From: Setoptus koraiensis
Lineage: Eukaryota; Animalia; Arthropoda
Reading direction: 5' to 3'
Assembly (NCBI GenBank): GCA_048013815.1
Contig: CM106585.1
Location: 23,994,001 to 24,058,000, forward strand
DNA length: 64,000 nt
The notes under the pieces were generated by a model, which was not told where the DNA came from, did no database searches, and was given only the letters and a program-made list of their open reading frames with translations. Both the position numbers and the translations under genes were made by a program. This document shows positions 62,572 through 64,000 of this stretch, piece by piece (position 1 is the stretch's first letter; each line of letters starts with the position of its first letter).

Positions 62572-62759
62572 TATCACCATAATAATGCCACTGAAAGTAT
62601 CAATAGACGAATAATACAAGCTTATTGTTACATAAATAAGGATAGTGGATAAAATACAAAAACAGATTGACAGATTGAAAATTTGTGCGGTCATGGTGCA
62701 ATGAATGAGATATAAAAACATGATGCTATTGGCGCTAGATTCAAAGTTGGAAAAGTTGC

Positions 62760-62901
62760 TAGTGATGGGAGGATATCGATCTCCCACCCTGGGAGAAGGG
62801 AGAAATCTCCCAAAGAGCTCGCCAGTCTCCCGAATCTTCGGGGGATAAATATCTCATGGGCGGGAGAATTTCTCCCGTTCGGGCTTATCTCCCCATCATT
62901 A
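62760..62901. mobile_element. Non-autonomous hAT-type DNA transposon (MITE), 142 bp
   Basis: Termini TAGTGATGGG... and ...CCCATCATTA are imperfect inverted repeats. They are flanked by a perfect 8-bp direct repeat AAAGTTGC (62752-62759 and 62902-62909), the hAT duplication length. The interior has many GGGAGA/TCTCCC subterminal motifs. Confidence 0.88.
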
Positions 62902-64000
62902 AAAGTTGCGAATTTTCTGCTGACACTGTCAAATCAACGGTTGATTATTTTTCACGTGAACTAATGCGTTCATGTGAGACTCAGCATCGTGATTCATGAA
63001 TTGGATTGCAAAACTTGCTATCTTTTCTATTATGAAAGTTGTTAATGAAAACATATTGAAAGCTTCTGTGCTGTTTATAAAATCAAATCTCATCAGTGAT
63101 ATACTCTGGAACGACACATTAGGAGAGGAGTATCATCAATCTCTTCATTATTATTATTAGCATTTAATTTTATTAATTTATTTATCACTGGAGCCATCAT
63201 TGCACGCCAGCTACAAGTGGAATAATAATAATATTCTCTAAACCACAGACACCAGACATTCGGCACAATCAAGAAAAACTTGCTTTGAGCGACCGCCTAG
63301 ATAGGCTCTACAGAAATACAAAATAGCAAGAAACAATCTAGGCGTAGCTGGAGCAGAGATTCATAGGAGCCAGATGGCTAAGATTTATTGATGCTGGAAG
63401 TTTATGTAAAAGCTGTTGCTGCTCTCATACGTTATGTAAGCCACTATTTATATTAATTTTCATTACTACCAGAGTGTGGAAGAGAAGAATCATTTGATTA
63501 TGAGCAACAGCAGCCAGTGGCAGCGCTATGTTAGCTACAGATTGACTAGGAATACAGAGAGATAGAAAGGAATAGTGAGAGTTCTTGGGCGGAGTCACAT
63601 CGCAACAGCACGAGAGTTGCGCAACACAAATATAAACTAACACTAATCTGCTATATGGGCAACTGTTGACTTGAGCGGACTGTGTTTCGAAGCATCTCCT
63701 TGTAAAATTCAACTTGCACAAACTTATGCTTTACATTAACTACAGGGATTGGACAGGACATACCAACAACCGACCATCCGACCATCCGACCATCCGACCA
63801 ACCGACCAACGAATAGGCCGAACAGGATAGACTAGGGATAGGCAGGAATTCTTCTCGTGAGAATCATCATTACACCAACACACACATATACACACACGTA
63901 TCGTCTGAGTGGATGAGCCAATGCACGTAAAATTAAATAGAAATTCTTCGTTCTCTTGAACATTGGCCCTAAAATATCATATTAACATCATCCCTGGTGA

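Noticed and set aside
62572-62787. 72-aa N-terminal extension of cyclin L in the ORF track
   Set aside because: It starts at a GTG inside the hAT MITE, crosses an intron-like pyrimidine tract ending in TTTCAG, and has no cyclin L similarity.
1-64000. CRISPR arrays or prokaryotic defence systems
   Set aside because: The DNA is eukaryotic, with spliceosomal introns. All tandem repeats are micro- or minisatellites without unique spacers, and no cas-like ORFs are present.

Overview
Eukaryotic (metazoan, arthropod-like) genomic DNA: AT-rich, full of CA and CAA/CAG microsatellites, with GT-AG introns. Several normally multi-exon genes are intronless, which suggests a compact mite genome such as an eriophyoid (inference only). 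Recognisable genes, left to right: a two-exon SoxB2-type HMG-box factor (minus, 8667-11221) in a large gene-poor region; an intronless ADAMTS-like/MADD-4-type TSP1+Ig protein (plus, 31150-34026); a small WIP/verprolin-like gene with the WASP-binding motif but no visible WH2 domain (plus, about 35273-36320); a five-exon GPI-type alkaline phosphatase with a 20-nt catalytic microexon (minus, 37013-39722); a candidate 89-aa secreted orphan (minus, 46310-46579); an ABCG half-transporter (minus, 47950-51228); glycogen phosphorylase (plus, 57034-59571); UTP14 (minus, 59681-61222); and cyclin L (minus, 61714-62571). Two non-autonomous DNA transposons have intact ends and target-site duplications: Tc1/mariner-type at 14784-15158 and hAT-type at 62760-62901. 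A GC-rich cluster of abutting hairpins at 23853-23948 is a candidate structured RNA. Most short ORFs in the supplied track are microsatellite or antisense artefacts. No CRISPR array, rRNA or tRNA was found. All calls were made by eye, with no database searches.
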